A DNA stretch of 64,000 nt from contig DSAF01000158.1 of NCBI GenBank assembly GCA_011388305.1, positions 2,212-66,211 on the forward strand, read 5' to 3'. This DNA is from Candidatus Zixiibacteriota bacterium. Lineage in GTDB: Bacteria; UBP14; UBA6098. Position 1 is the first letter of the stretch; every line of letters begins with the position of its first letter. Made by a program: the position numbers and the translations under genes. Shown piece by piece: positions 44,347 through 54,082 of this stretch. The notes beneath the pieces are model-generated. The model was not told the DNA's origin. It was given only the letters and a program-made list of their open reading frames with translations, and did not search any database.

Positions 44347-47178
44347 CTATTCTTTATAAATCAGCACTGCCGGCCTGATAACTCCCGCGCGAATCTGCGT
44401 CCTTCCGGAGATGCTCGCGAGCCTGCCCGCTGAACTCTCGATGACGCCTCGAACTTGCCCGGAAACTTCGTATTCCCCAAAGCCGCTCGTAAAAATAACG
44501 GGAAAAGGCAAAGCCTCGTCGCCGGTATGCGCGAGGCCGAGTTCTCTCCCGCAGAACTTCCTCCAATCGACGCTTGGGATTGACGGCGCTATAATTCCCG
44601 CGACGGCAATCTCGGCGCATCTGCGCAGAAAATCGAGGTCGATTGGTTTCATGGAGGCAATAATTTTGCCCTCGAGTTCCGGTTTTAATGATGAAATGTT
44701 TTCGGCGATTAAGATTTCGCCTGCCGCCTCGCCCCCGAAGCCGATTTTGCCATAGATTTTGCCGGCGGTGGCGAGAATGGTGACGCTTCGTTTAGGTTCA
44801 ACAGCGGTGACTACGCCTCTAACGAAGGCTTTTAGCTCCACAGGTTCGATGTCATATTGGATGGTCACTTTGCCGCTTTTTTGGTCAATATTTTTAATGG
44901 TGCCGGTGCTCGGCGCTTTGATGATAATATTATTTCGCAGATCGCCGGCAATCATCTGGCCAGCCTCGACAAAATCTCCGAGCCTGTATCGGAGATGCCC
45001 GGCGACATGCGATGGCTTGATATGCATAAGCTTTGCGACATGAACGGTGTGCGGCCTGCCGTCATAATCTTGAATTTCTCGCATAATGATAAGGCCGGAC
45101 GGCTCGATTTTTTCAATCATCCCGCGCACCGGCGAACTGAAGTATATTTTGCTCCCGAATATGCCCTCGGTTGCGGCAAAAATCCTCTGACCGATTTTGA
45201 CCGACTCGCCCTCGGCGACGAGGATGCCTTCGGCTATATCCTCTTCACTTAAAGGTTTTTCATAGCCTGCGAGACGATTGATATCGAGAATGTAGAGGCG
45301 CGGAGGGCCGAATCGGTTCTCGCCGATAGTGTCCCATGGTTCGACAGAATCGCCTACTTTGGCCAGAATATCGCCATCGTATGGGAGCTTTCGGTCGATA
45401 GAGTATTCGCCGAACTCGGGCTTTTTTTCTTCGACCATGATTGTATCAACAACTCCGGCATCGCACTTGAACTTTGAAATCCTTCCGCCGAGGAAGAACC
45501 TTCCTCGGCCACGGCAATCAATTATTACGGACATCTCCGTGTTTATTTCGGCGGTTGTTCGGTCGTTCTCGAGGTTGAGTCTGCCATGACACTCTATCAT
45601 GAAATCGCCGCCACCATCGATGATAATCGCCTGTCCGCCTTCGACTATAAGCTTTTCGCCGGTGGTGCGATTCTTGACAGTTAGCGCGGGCTTGCCTCGA
45701 CGAACCTTCCCCAACGGCGCAACGACATGGCCGAGAGACTCGATGCACTCATCTTCGAAGAGGCGGAGGGCTTCATCCGGCTCCACCTTCGAGAAAATGC
45801 CAAGATGCGGCGATTTGAAATGCCTGTCGATTGCAAGCTCTGTGATTCCCGTCGGCATGAAGGCATCGGCAAGGATAATTCTCGCGACATCGCCGGGAAG
45901 ATGCGTGATCACGCCGCCTGCGCCGATGAGGAGCGAAATATCCGAAAGCTGAAATTTCTCCTCGTGTTTGTTCAACTGAAGCACCTCTTCCCAGCGATTG
46001 GAGTCCGCGAGGAGCTTTTTGCGGCGGTCGAGGAAACCGACTCGGCTAATCTTGAAGTTCATATCGACATGCTTTTCCCACGCCATCCGCATTCCCTCGA
46101 TAGCACAAGCATATTCTACGAGTTTCTGCGATTCGGCCTGTGGAACATGCGTAGGATTCAGTGTCTTATTCGCGATGTAATTGCGGATTTCGCCCTCGGG
46201 AATGCCTTCGATGTGCGACGAAACGGCCTCGATGCCAGCCTCCACGAGGATGTTCGACAGCGAATAGCTCATCCCGATGTTCGCCGAAACCGTGCGGTGG
46301 TGTTGCGATTTGATGACCGTGAAAATGTCCGTTGTTGCGCCGCCGATGTCAACCATCGCGATATTTCGGCCGGTTTTGTCTGCGAATGCCGAGAGCATCG
46401 CCTCGACGCCCGCGGGCGTGGGCATGATGTCCGTTTTCACGCTCGATTTCAGTTCGGAATATCCCGGCGCGCGCTCCATGACATTATCCATAAAAAGCTC
46501 ATGAATCTTTGCTTTCGCCGGTTCTGTGTTCATCCTTTCCATGTCCGGCCGGACATTCGGGACGATGTGCACATCGAAATTCTCGGCCAGCAAGTTCGCT
46601 ACAAACGCCCGCGCAGACTTGTTTCCGCAGAAAACCAGCGGAATCTTCTCGCCCTCGCGGAATTTCGGCGAGGGCTTGGCGAGGCTAAGAATCTCTGCAA
46701 GCTCGACGACCGGGGCTATCGCGCCACCATCGATGCCGCCGGCCATGAGAATCATGTCAGGGTGAAGCTCGCTCATGATGCGCATCTTCTCGACCGGCGG
46801 GATTTTGTCGTCTATCGTGAACGTCTTGAGGATGATGCCGCCGGCGCCGTATGCCGTCATCTCGGCGACCGTGCCGGTTTCGTTGGATGAGAGGCCGAAT
46901 ACTAATATCTGCAGGCCGCCACCGGCCGAGCTTGTAGTGAGAAAAGGCGCAGTGAGTTTTCCGTTGTCGTCGGTGAGGGGCGCGTCTAATCCCTCGCCGA
47001 TGCCCTCGATGAGGCGGCGCAGGCCTACCCGCACATCCTCGTCGGGCTTCTCGACGGTCGTGGCAGTGTCGAACTGTCTCAAGAAACGGAAACCGTCGTC
47101 GGTTCTTTCTAAGAGTAGCCCCTTCGTGGTAGTGCTTCCAATGTCCGTTATCAGTAAATAATTGCTGTTACGTGACAT
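44347..47178 (-). CDS. large fusion protein: GlmL/MutL-like (glutamate-mutase-L / reactivase-like) ASKHA ATPase N-terminal half plus a C-terminal half of four barrel-sandwich-hybrid-like repeats
   Basis: Two ASKHA phosphate motifs, LLITDIGSTTTKG and MVDIGGATTDIFTV. The C-terminal half contains repeated xGDxVxxGQxIA motifs: KVGDSVEPWDTIG, VAEGESVKIGQRIFAA, GDFVEAGQMIAGDL. The start is set at MSRNSNY, preceded by GGCGGAGGAAAAA. Confidence 0.6.
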   Translation of the reverse strand: MSRNSNYLLITDIGSTTTKGLLLERTDDGFRFLRQFDTATTVEKPDEDVRVGLRRLIEGIGEGLDAPLTDDNGKLTAPFLTTSSAGGGLQILVFGLSSNETGTVAEMTAYGAGGIILKTFTIDDKIPPVEKMRIMSELHPDMILMAGGIDGGAIAPVVELAEILSLAKPSPKFREGEKIPLVFCGNKSARAFVANLLAENFDVHIVPNVRPDMERMNTEPAKAKIHELFMDNVMERAPGYSELKSSVKTDIMPTPAGVEAMLSAFADKTGRNIAMVDIGGATTDIFTVIKSQHHRTVSANIGMSYSLSNILVEAGIEAVSSHIEGIPEGEIRNYIANKTLNPTHVPQAESQKLVEYACAIEGMRMAWEKHVDMNFKISRVGFLDRRKKLLADSNRWEEVLQLNKHEEKFQLSDISLLIGAGGVITHLPGDVARIILADAFMPTGITELAIDRHFKSPHLGIFSKVEPDEALRLFEDECIESLGHVVAPLGKVRRGKPALTVKNRTTGEKLIVEGGQAIIIDGGGDFMIECHGRLNLENDRTTAEINTEMSVIIDCRGRGRFFLGGRISKFKCDAGVVDTIMVEEKKPEFGEYSIDRKLPYDGDILAKVGDSVEPWDTIGENRFGPPRLYILDINRLAGYEKPLSEEDIAEGILVAEGESVKIGQRIFAATEGIFGSKIYFSSPVRGMIEKIEPSGLIIMREIQDYDGRPHTVHVAKLMHIKPSHVAGHLRYRLGDFVEAGQMIAGDLRNNIIIKAPSTGTIKNIDQKSGKVTIQYDIEPVELKAFVRGVVTAVEPKRSVTILATAGKIYGKIGFGGEAAGEILIAENISSLKPELEGKIIASMKPIDLDFLRRCAEIAVAGIIAPSIPSVDWRKFCGRELGLAHTGDEALPFPVIFTSGFGEYEVSGQVRGVIESSAGRLASISGRTQIRAGVIRPAVLIYKE

Positions 47179-47275
47179 TTTTTCCTCCGCCGTTTGAGGC
47201 GCTGTTCGACACAAATAATTCTTGATGCACAGAATATATATATTCCTGCAAGAATCTGTGGCCTATTGGAACCTA

Positions 47276-47578
47276 TCACATATTCAATGCGGCCAATATT
47301 CCGGCACCGGCGACAAGGAAGATGAGGATGTAAATCGCAAAAACTATCGCCATCCAAATAAGTGTAGCTTTGGCCCAATTGGCTTTGCTTATTGGGGTGT
47401 TGCTCCCGAAAGCCCAAACGAAAAGAAGGATGAGATTGACAATGGGAATTGCCATAAGAAGTAAGGTCACTATCCAATCGCCAACGGTGACCGGCTTATA
47501 CAGCGAATTCTGCGGTTTTTGGATTTCGTTTTCCATGAGTCTCCTTTCGGCTTCGCTAACTCTGGCGAAGCGGTTCAA
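47276..47578 (-). CDS. small membrane protein (3 TM), hypothetical
   Basis: 100 aa and strongly hydrophobic. Downstream of lemA. Confidence 0.5.
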   Translation of the reverse strand: MNRFARVSEAERRLMENEIQKPQNSLYKPVTVGDWIVTLLLMAIPIVNLILLFVWAFGSNTPISKANWAKATLIWMAIVFAIYILIFLVAGAGILAALNM

Positions 47579-47599
47579 ACGAATCTGCTAACTGATGGA

Positions 47600-48181
47600 C
47601 TATCTCCCGAAATCGACCTTCGGCGCCTCGCGCTGGGCGGTGTCGTCCAGTTCGAAATATTCTCTTTTGGCGAAGTTGAACATATTCGCCACGATGTTCG
47701 AGGGGAATTTCTCGCAAGTTGTGTTCAGGTCGCGGACGACGGCGTTGTAGTATCTCCGGCTGTCGGCGAGTGCGCTCTCGATTCTCTCCAACGCGGCCTG
47801 AAGTTCGAGGAAGCTCTGGTCGGCCTTAAGCTCGGGATAGCTCTCGGAGAGCGCGAACAGCTGGCGAAGCGCCTGCGTGAGGACATTCTCCGCCTGCGCC
47901 ATCTTTGCGACATCGTCGGTGACATTTATCGCCTGTTGGCGCGCCTTGATGACGTTTTCCAAGGTTTCGCGCTCGTGGCCGGCATATCCCTTGACTGTCT
48001 CGACGAGGTTCGGTATAAGGTCGTATCGCCGTTTAAGCTGGACATCGACATCCGCCCATGCGTTCTCGGAGCGGTTTTTCAAGCCAACGAGCTTGTTATA
48101 TAACCCTATCCCAACGACAACAATAATAACGACGGCGATGGCGAGTAGCGCCAAACACCCGACTAACAAACCAATGCCCAT
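47600..48181 (-). CDS. lemA: LemA family protein
   Basis: N-terminal TM segment plus the LemA core (NAWADVDVQLKRRYDLIPNLVETVKGYAGHERETLENV). Confidence 0.85.
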   Translation of the reverse strand: MGIGLLVGCLALLAIAVVIIVVVGIGLYNKLVGLKNRSENAWADVDVQLKRRYDLIPNLVETVKGYAGHERETLENVIKARQQAINVTDDVAKMAQAENVLTQALRQLFALSESYPELKADQSFLELQAALERIESALADSRRYYNAVVRDLNTTCEKFPSNIVANMFNFAKREYFELDDTAQREAPKVDFGR

Positions 48182-48195
48182 GAAGGCCTCCTGTG

Positions 48196-48669
48196 TTATC
48201 TCGCGGAATTTTCCATGTCGGAATTCATCTCAAATATAATCGGATAAATCCAAAAAACAATACCAAAAGCAGAAACTGCGCCCACGATAAATCGCGGGAT
48301 GTTGCCGGTGTTCCACAATCCGAAAGTCTGCGCCAGCCCGTCGATTGCAAGCGGCGCGACAAAGGCGAGCAAGCCAAGCAAGGGCAAGGCGAAGCGCCGT
48401 TTGAGCATCATCGAAAAAACGCCGAAAACGAACAGCCCCGCGAAAATTCCGGTGCATCGCGCGCAGAGGCCGAGTTTGTGCCCCATGATAGCGAAACTTC
48501 GCTCCGCGCTCTGATGACAAAGCGGCGCAAGCCCGAGATAGCATCCCGCCGAGCCGAGGGGGCAGGTCTCCGCCAATATCGGCGCCGTAATGCTCGCCAG
48601 AAGAACGACGAACCACACGGCGGTGAGAAGAAGCGCGCCGTTTCGGCCTATCCAGCGGAGTAAACGCAT
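48196..48669 (-). CDS. DUF2085 family membrane protein
   Basis: CHQSAERSF...LCARCTG motif. The start is assigned to MRLLRW, whose ATG overlaps the TGA of the upstream S8 gene (TGATG). Confidence 0.7.
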   Translation of the reverse strand: MRLLRWIGRNGALLLTAVWFVVLLASITAPILAETCPLGSAGCYLGLAPLCHQSAERSFAIMGHKLGLCARCTGIFAGLFVFGVFSMMLKRRFALPLLGLLAFVAPLAIDGLAQTFGLWNTGNIPRFIVGAVSAFGIVFWIYPIIFEMNSDMENSAR

Positions 48670-50642
48670 CAACGGACTACCGCGATTTTCTCGGTGATGG
48701 AGCCGTGCTCCGTGACGAGGCGGACGATGTAAATCCCGTTGGCGATGGGAGTGCCTTTCCCGTTTTTGAGCGGCCATACAATCTCGAACTTGTCAGCAAG
48801 CGACCATCTTTCGTCGAACACCAGCTCTCCCGATGCTGTGAACACCGAGAAATGCGCGTTTTGGCCGGCGTATGCCACAGCGCGCAAATACTCCGAGGCG
48901 GGATTTGGGAAGACCAACAGTTCTGTCTCGCCGTCGCGGTATCTTCCGAAGCGAACCGCCCTGCCCGCGCCATCTACGGTGAAGCTGATTGCTTCCGGAT
49001 AGCCGGGCATATAGAGCGCAACCGATTGCCCTGCCATAGCGAGCGGATCTACGAAGATGCCGAAGGTATCCGTGGCCGAGATTATCGTGGTGTCGTCGTA
49101 TATGAAGTGAATCTCTTTATTGGGGATGACTTCGCCGCTGAGAATATCGACCGCCCTGCCGTAGAAGCCCATCGTCAGGCCTGCGGCCACCGTGCCCTTG
49201 GGAATTCCCCAGCCATAGTCGTTGTCGGCGGAATCGGCGGGGAAGGTCGGGTCGAATGCGCGAACGCGGTCGCCGCTGGCGCGGACGGCCAGCGCAAGGT
49301 CATAGCCGGAAAGCTCGTGGTTTGCGCTTTTAACTGCGGCGCAGAGGCCAGCGATGAGCGGACAAGAGAAGCTTGTGCCGGAACTCCAAGCGATGCCCGC
49401 GTTGGCGTATGCGTTGACGATGACCGTGCCCCATCCTACGGCGGATATGTCGGGCTTGATTCTGCCGTCCGCAGAGGGGCCGGGGCTGGAGAACGAGGCG
49501 ATAACTTTGTCATGTCCAACCGCCGCCACCGCAAGCACGGAGTCGCCGTCGGCGGGGCTGATTATCGTGGGCCAATCAGGCTGTTGGCGGTAATTCCCCG
49601 CCGAATTCACCACGCAAATCCCCCGTGATGCCGCGATGTCCGCCGCGATTGTCGTCACCATCGTGTTGCCGTCGAGGTCGTTCATCGTATATGGAGTCTC
49701 CTCGTCGAATGTCGAATATCCGAGACTGCTCGATGCGATGTCCGCGCCTAAAGAGTCGAGCCACTCGATGCCCGCGACCCAGTTGTCTTCCTCGCCGCGA
49801 TATTCGGCCTCGATGTCCTCGGTTTTGGCGAGTGCCACCGACGCGCGATATGCCGCGCCGATAATCTCCCCCGGCGAGAAGGCCGCGACGCAACTCAAGG
49901 TCTGCGTGCCGTGGCGAAAGCCCATCTCATCGATGTCGCCGGCATCGGGGTCGAAATCGACCGTAGTGTCGTTGTGAACGAAATCATAGACGGCGACTAT
50001 GTCGAGGCTGTCGAACGCTCTATGCGTTGTCCGAAAGCCCGAGTCGAGCATCCCCACGAGCACGCCTTGGCCGGCAAAGCCTCGCTGGTGCAGGTCAATC
50101 GCGCCAATCATCTCCAGTTGCGCACGGGATGCGCCGTAAAAATCGTCCACGCTGTCCACCTCGGAGGGGCGCATGAGCGAGACCGGCTCTATCGGCCTGC
50201 GATATGTCCGCACGGGGCGAATCTCGCGGACGAATGGAAGTTCGGCGATGTTGTGCAATGCCGCCTTGGGCGTGATGAACGACGCCGAGTTCAGCCATCG
50301 GCTGGTTCGTCTGTGGCGCGCGCCGAGCGCAACCACCTGCTCGATATAGCGCGTATTGACGGGCACATCGTGGATGTCCAGCTCGAGGCCGTCCTTGGCT
50401 CTTCTTTCGAGCGCTCTCTCAGAGAGGGTCAGGCGGGCGACTGCGGCTATGCTCATGCCGTCCAAGGGCTTGTCCTCGAAAAACACCCACACCATAAGGG
50501 AGTCTTTGCTCGATGCAAGCAGTCCGGGCGCGATTTTGGGCGAAGCTCCGGCGGTGGCGGAGATGACTGCTATTGCGATTATTGCTGTGATGATGGCTAT
50601 TCTCATGTTGCCTTTCAAACTGTTAAGCGACGGGCGATGCAA
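48669..50642 (-). CDS. subtilisin-like serine peptidase (S8) with an N-terminal fervidolysin-like propeptide and a T9SS C-terminal sorting domain
   Basis: Motifs DSGFRTTHRAFD, HGTQTLSCVAA, GTSFSCPLIAGLCAAV. C-terminus LLVFPNPASEYLR...GIYIVRLV. An alternative start at MRIAIITAI (50606) is possible. Confidence 0.85.
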   Translation of the reverse strand: MHRPSLNSLKGNMRIAIITAIIAIAVISATAGASPKIAPGLLASSKDSLMVWVFFEDKPLDGMSIAAVARLTLSERALERRAKDGLELDIHDVPVNTRYIEQVVALGARHRRTSRWLNSASFITPKAALHNIAELPFVREIRPVRTYRRPIEPVSLMRPSEVDSVDDFYGASRAQLEMIGAIDLHQRGFAGQGVLVGMLDSGFRTTHRAFDSLDIVAVYDFVHNDTTVDFDPDAGDIDEMGFRHGTQTLSCVAAFSPGEIIGAAYRASVALAKTEDIEAEYRGEEDNWVAGIEWLDSLGADIASSSLGYSTFDEETPYTMNDLDGNTMVTTIAADIAASRGICVVNSAGNYRQQPDWPTIISPADGDSVLAVAAVGHDKVIASFSSPGPSADGRIKPDISAVGWGTVIVNAYANAGIAWSSGTSFSCPLIAGLCAAVKSANHELSGYDLALAVRASGDRVRAFDPTFPADSADNDYGWGIPKGTVAAGLTMGFYGRAVDILSGEVIPNKEIHFIYDDTTIISATDTFGIFVDPLAMAGQSVALYMPGYPEAISFTVDGAGRAVRFGRYRDGETELLVFPNPASEYLRAVAYAGQNAHFSVFTASGELVFDERWSLADKFEIVWPLKNGKGTPIANGIYIVRLVTEHGSITEKIAVVR

Positions 50643-50649
50643 TTCGCCT

Positions 50650-51078
50650 CTACATTTGGCGAACGGTTATTTTTCGCTCGCTATCGCTGATTCTATCAAT
50701 CGACACGCGGATAACCCTTTGCGGAAGTAGCTCCTCCCCCCTATCTGCCCATTCTACCAGCGAAATGCCCTCGCCCTCGAAAATCTCCCAAAGCCCGAGT
50801 TGCGCAATATCCTCGTGCTTCTCGACTCGATATAAATCTATGTGATAAATTATCTTATCCGCAATATATTCATGTATTATCGCAAATGACGGACTTGAAA
50901 CCTCTGTCTCGTTGAATCCTAACGCCCTCGCGATGCCCTTAATCATCGTAGTCTTGCCTGCGCCCAAATCGCCGGTAAACGCCACGACATCGCCCTCGCG
51001 GAGATATCCGGCGAACTCTCCGCCAAAACCTGAGGTCTGCTCGGCGGAGCGGCTTATGAAATCGAGCCTCAGCCTCAT
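50650..51078 (-). CDS. tsaE: tRNA threonylcarbamoyladenosine biosynthesis ATPase TsaE
   Basis: Walker A GDLGAGKTT and YjeE-family similarity over 142 aa. There is a 4-nt overlap with porX. Confidence 0.85.
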   Translation of the reverse strand: MRLRLDFISRSAEQTSGFGGEFAGYLREGDVVAFTGDLGAGKTTMIKGIARALGFNETEVSSPSFAIIHEYIADKIIYHIDLYRVEKHEDIAQLGLWEIFEGEGISLVEWADRGEELLPQRVIRVSIDRISDSERKITVRQM

Positions 51079-52634
51079 TTCGGCCTCAGAACCGCCACGG
51101 GAACCACCATCTCCTCGATGCTAATTCCGCCGTGGAGGAAGCTGTTTCGATATTGCCGCTCGAACTGCGAGAAATTCGTCGGATAGACGAAGTAATAATC
51201 CTCTTTGGCGATGATGAAGTTCGTAGTCCGCGTGAAGCTCGGAAGGCGCCAGTCTTTTGGGTTTCGGATGAAGATGCCGCCCTTTTCATCGCAGTTGATG
51301 TTGTCGCCGAATTTATATCGAAGGTTCGGCGATGTGTCTCTCTTGCCGAATGCCTTCGTGCCGCGTCTTCCAATGGTGCTCCCGTGGTCTGTCGTAATTA
51401 CAACGGTGACATTCTCGCGCGCAATCGCCCTAAGAGCTTTGAGCAGGCTCGAATGCGCGAACCAAGTCTTCATTACGCTACGGTATGCGCCCTCGTCAGG
51501 GGACATCTCGCGAAGCACCTCGTTGGCGGCTCTACTGTGGGCGAGGATGTCCAGAAAGTTCGCTACCACGCTGGTCATCGGCGCGGAGAGGTAGCTCTTC
51601 AGCCGGTGGACGAGGCTCTCGCCCTCCTCGGGGTCGAGAATTTTGATGTATTTGGTATCGCCGGGGAGGTCTATGCCGTTTTGGGCTATGAGCTTATCCA
51701 GAAGCTGGTGCTCATAGCGGTTGCGAGAGCTGGAGTCATCCAGCGGATTTATCCACAGGTCGGGGTATCGTTGGGAAATTTCATAGGGGAAAAGCCCGCT
51801 GAACACAGCATTGCGCGCGTAAGGCGTCGCCGAGGGCAGAAGGCTGAAGAACACGTCCGTCTCGATGTTGTAATAGTCGCTGAGGAGAGATTCGACAGTG
51901 AGCCACTGGTCGAGGCGCATGCAGTCGATGACGACAAAGAACACCTTCTCGCCCGCGCCGAGTGCCGGAATCACGTGTTCCCCCGCAACATCGACGGAGA
52001 GCATCGGTCTGTTTTCGCGCTCGCTCCAAATCCATTGTTCCCAATTGCTTTCGATGTAGCGCGAGAACTCGCCGTTGCACTCTCTGCGGAAATCGCGGTG
52101 TGTCCGCGTGAGGCCGAGTTCCGAATGACTGTCGAGGATGACGTCCCATTCGGCCAGCCAGAACGACAGCTCGAGCCACTGCTCGGGAGATGCTTTCTGC
52201 GAGGGCCGCATGACCATATCGCGGTATTCCGTCGTGTAATCACGCGTGAGTTGTTGGCCTACGATGCGTCCCGAGTCGAAAATTCTCTTCAGCGTGGAGA
52301 GTATCTGATGCGGATTGACGGGCTTGACGAGGTAATCTGCGATTTCTTTGCCGATTGCGTCCTCCATCAGCGTCTCCTCCATCGATTTGGTAATCATGAC
52401 GACGGGGATGCGCTTGTCTATTTTGCGGATTTCCTCGAGCGTGGTAAGCCCGTCCATTCCGGGCATCATTTCGTCGAGGAGGACGAGGTCGAATCCGCCG
52501 CTCTGCACCAGCGCGACGGCATCCTCGCCGGAGTGGACGCCCTCGACGGAGTATCCCCTTTCCTGAAGGAAGATTATGTGCGGCTGAAGTTGGGCGATTT
52601 CGTCATCTGCCCAAATAATTCGTTTTTCTGTCAT
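51075..52634 (-). CDS. porX: PorX-like response regulator (CheY receiver plus PglZ/alkaline-phosphatase-like domain), T9SS regulator
   Basis: Receiver domain with a phospho-acceptor Asp (DLVLLDEMMPGMDG) followed by a ~390-aa PglZ domain. At 519 aa it matches PorX architecture. T9SS cargo genes and a histidine kinase are adjacent. Confidence 0.8.
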   Translation of the reverse strand: MTEKRIIWADDEIAQLQPHIIFLQERGYSVEGVHSGEDAVALVQSGGFDLVLLDEMMPGMDGLTTLEEIRKIDKRIPVVMITKSMEETLMEDAIGKEIADYLVKPVNPHQILSTLKRIFDSGRIVGQQLTRDYTTEYRDMVMRPSQKASPEQWLELSFWLAEWDVILDSHSELGLTRTHRDFRRECNGEFSRYIESNWEQWIWSERENRPMLSVDVAGEHVIPALGAGEKVFFVVIDCMRLDQWLTVESLLSDYYNIETDVFFSLLPSATPYARNAVFSGLFPYEISQRYPDLWINPLDDSSSRNRYEHQLLDKLIAQNGIDLPGDTKYIKILDPEEGESLVHRLKSYLSAPMTSVVANFLDILAHSRAANEVLREMSPDEGAYRSVMKTWFAHSSLLKALRAIARENVTVVITTDHGSTIGRRGTKAFGKRDTSPNLRYKFGDNINCDEKGGIFIRNPKDWRLPSFTRTTNFIIAKEDYYFVYPTNFSQFERQYRNSFLHGGISIEEMVVPVAVLRPK

Positions 52635-52700
52635 ATTTTCTCCGGAAAAATAAAAATCTTAACTGTCATCACTGGCGAGCCACCGTCTCGCCCCTACGGG

Positions 52701-52785
52701 TTGTCATTGCGAGACCTGAAAGGTCGAAGCAATCTTGAATGAATTGAGGAGATTGCTTCGTCGCTGTTCTCCTCGCAATGACAAA
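52701..52785 (-). ncRNA. Y-shaped nested hairpin in the porY-porX intergenic region (candidate attenuator/processing site/small RNA)
   Basis: Outer stem TTGTCATTGCGAG/CTCGCAATGACAA (13 bp) encloses GACC-tgaaa-GGTC and GAAGCAATCT-(14 nt)-AGATTGCTTC. Confidence 0.4.
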
Positions 52786-52816
52786 CACTACCTATCACCC
52801 ATAACCCAATACCCTA

Positions 52817-54079
52817 TCACACTTTCGCGCTCTTTGGGAAAGTAATCACAAAGGTCGTCTTTTCGAACGGTTTGCTCTCCAGAAGCGTGAGCCGGCCGAA
52901 ATGATATTCCTCGACGATTCTTTTAGCAAGGGAAAGGCCAAGCCCCCATCCGCGCTTCTTGGTTGTGTATCCGGGGGAGAAAATTTTACGGTAGTTTCGG
53001 GCAGAAATTCCCTTGCCGTTGTCCGTAACGATTATCTGGACATCCTCGCCATCGACGTCCATTCGTGTGGCGACCTTGATTTTTGCGCCATCTTGAGGCG
53101 CGGCCTCCATCGAGTTTCTGATTAGGTTCTCGATTGCCCACGAGAGGAGCATCTGGTTGGCCATCACCGGCGGGACGGGATAATATTGCTCGACTATCTC
53201 CATCCGGCCTCGAAGGCGCGGCATACGCTGGCGGAGATACGCCACAGACTGGTGGATAAGCGATGGCAGTTCTGTAGGCTCCAGCTCGGGCGTCGAGCCG
53301 ATTTGCCCGAAGCGCATGACAATCTTGTTGAGGATTAGTATATCCTCTGAGATTCTGTCGATGATGTCTTGCGGCGAGCGGTTGGAATGCCGGAACGCGC
53401 CGGCGATTTCGGCCTCTTTGATTTCGTCTTTGAGAAGCTCGTTCCATCCCATCATGCTCGAAATGGGCGTGCCGAGCTGATGCGCTGTCTCGCGCGCCAT
53501 TCCCAGCCAGATGTTCTGTTCTTCGTAGAATTTTAGGCGGTTGTATGAGAGATACGAGAACACCAGTAGCAGTGCGACGAGCGTCAGAATGCCTATCGGG
53601 ATGACTCTGAACCATTTAGCAAACGGCGGCTCGCCGAAATAAATATATCCGAGCAACCTGTCTGTTCTGCCGACATAGATTGGCACCGGCGATTGCGCCT
53701 GCCGCATCTTGGCGACCTCCGCGCGGAGCCGCTCGCGGGCTTCCTCGGTTGTATCGTTTCGGGCGATGCCCACATTGCGCCACGACATAGGCTGACCTTC
53801 GACTGATGTGAGTATCATCGGGAAATCGCTTTTGTCTATAATCTCCTCGAAAAAAATTGAAATCTCCGCCGCGCCGGCCGTTCTCAAAGCCGCGAGCGAC
53901 CAAAGTCGCGCATACGCGCTGACGACTCTTCGGTTGTGCTGGGATGTCCTCTCGCGGCTGTAGTTGACTATGTAAAATATGCTCACTACAATGAGAAACC
54001 CCGCAACGACTGCCGTAAGAGAATAGAAGAACGGCACTCCCATATAGGTGATGCGGTATTTTGACCTCGAATTTTTCAA
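52817..54079 (-). CDS. porY: sensor histidine kinase (PorY-like; partner of PorX)
   Basis: Two TM segments, a HisKA H-box (HQLGTPISSMMGW) and a HATPase_c domain (motifs DNGKGI, GLGLSLA). It lies immediately upstream of porX. Confidence 0.75.
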   Translation of the reverse strand: MKNSRSKYRITYMGVPFFYSLTAVVAGFLIVVSIFYIVNYSRERTSQHNRRVVSAYARLWSLAALRTAGAAEISIFFEEIIDKSDFPMILTSVEGQPMSWRNVGIARNDTTEEARERLRAEVAKMRQAQSPVPIYVGRTDRLLGYIYFGEPPFAKWFRVIPIGILTLVALLLVFSYLSYNRLKFYEEQNIWLGMARETAHQLGTPISSMMGWNELLKDEIKEAEIAGAFRHSNRSPQDIIDRISEDILILNKIVMRFGQIGSTPELEPTELPSLIHQSVAYLRQRMPRLRGRMEIVEQYYPVPPVMANQMLLSWAIENLIRNSMEAAPQDGAKIKVATRMDVDGEDVQIIVTDNGKGISARNYRKIFSPGYTTKKRGWGLGLSLAKRIVEEYHFGRLTLLESKPFEKTTFVITFPKSAKV

Positions 54080-54082
54080 CGG

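Noticed and set aside
45727-46890. 387-aa plus-strand ORF inside the ASKHA fusion gene
   Set aside because: Antisense to a gene with two conserved ASKHA motifs and a good SD. The product has Arg/His-rich low complexity and no start context.
48705-50690. Plus-strand ORFs (307 aa, 259 aa) opposite the S8 protease
   Set aside because: Antisense shadows of a gene with catalytic-triad motifs and a T9SS CTD.
51132-52742. 536-aa plus-strand ORF opposite porX
   Set aside because: Antisense to the PorX receiver/PglZ gene. There are no conserved motifs, and the composition is characteristic of a GC-rich shadow ORF.
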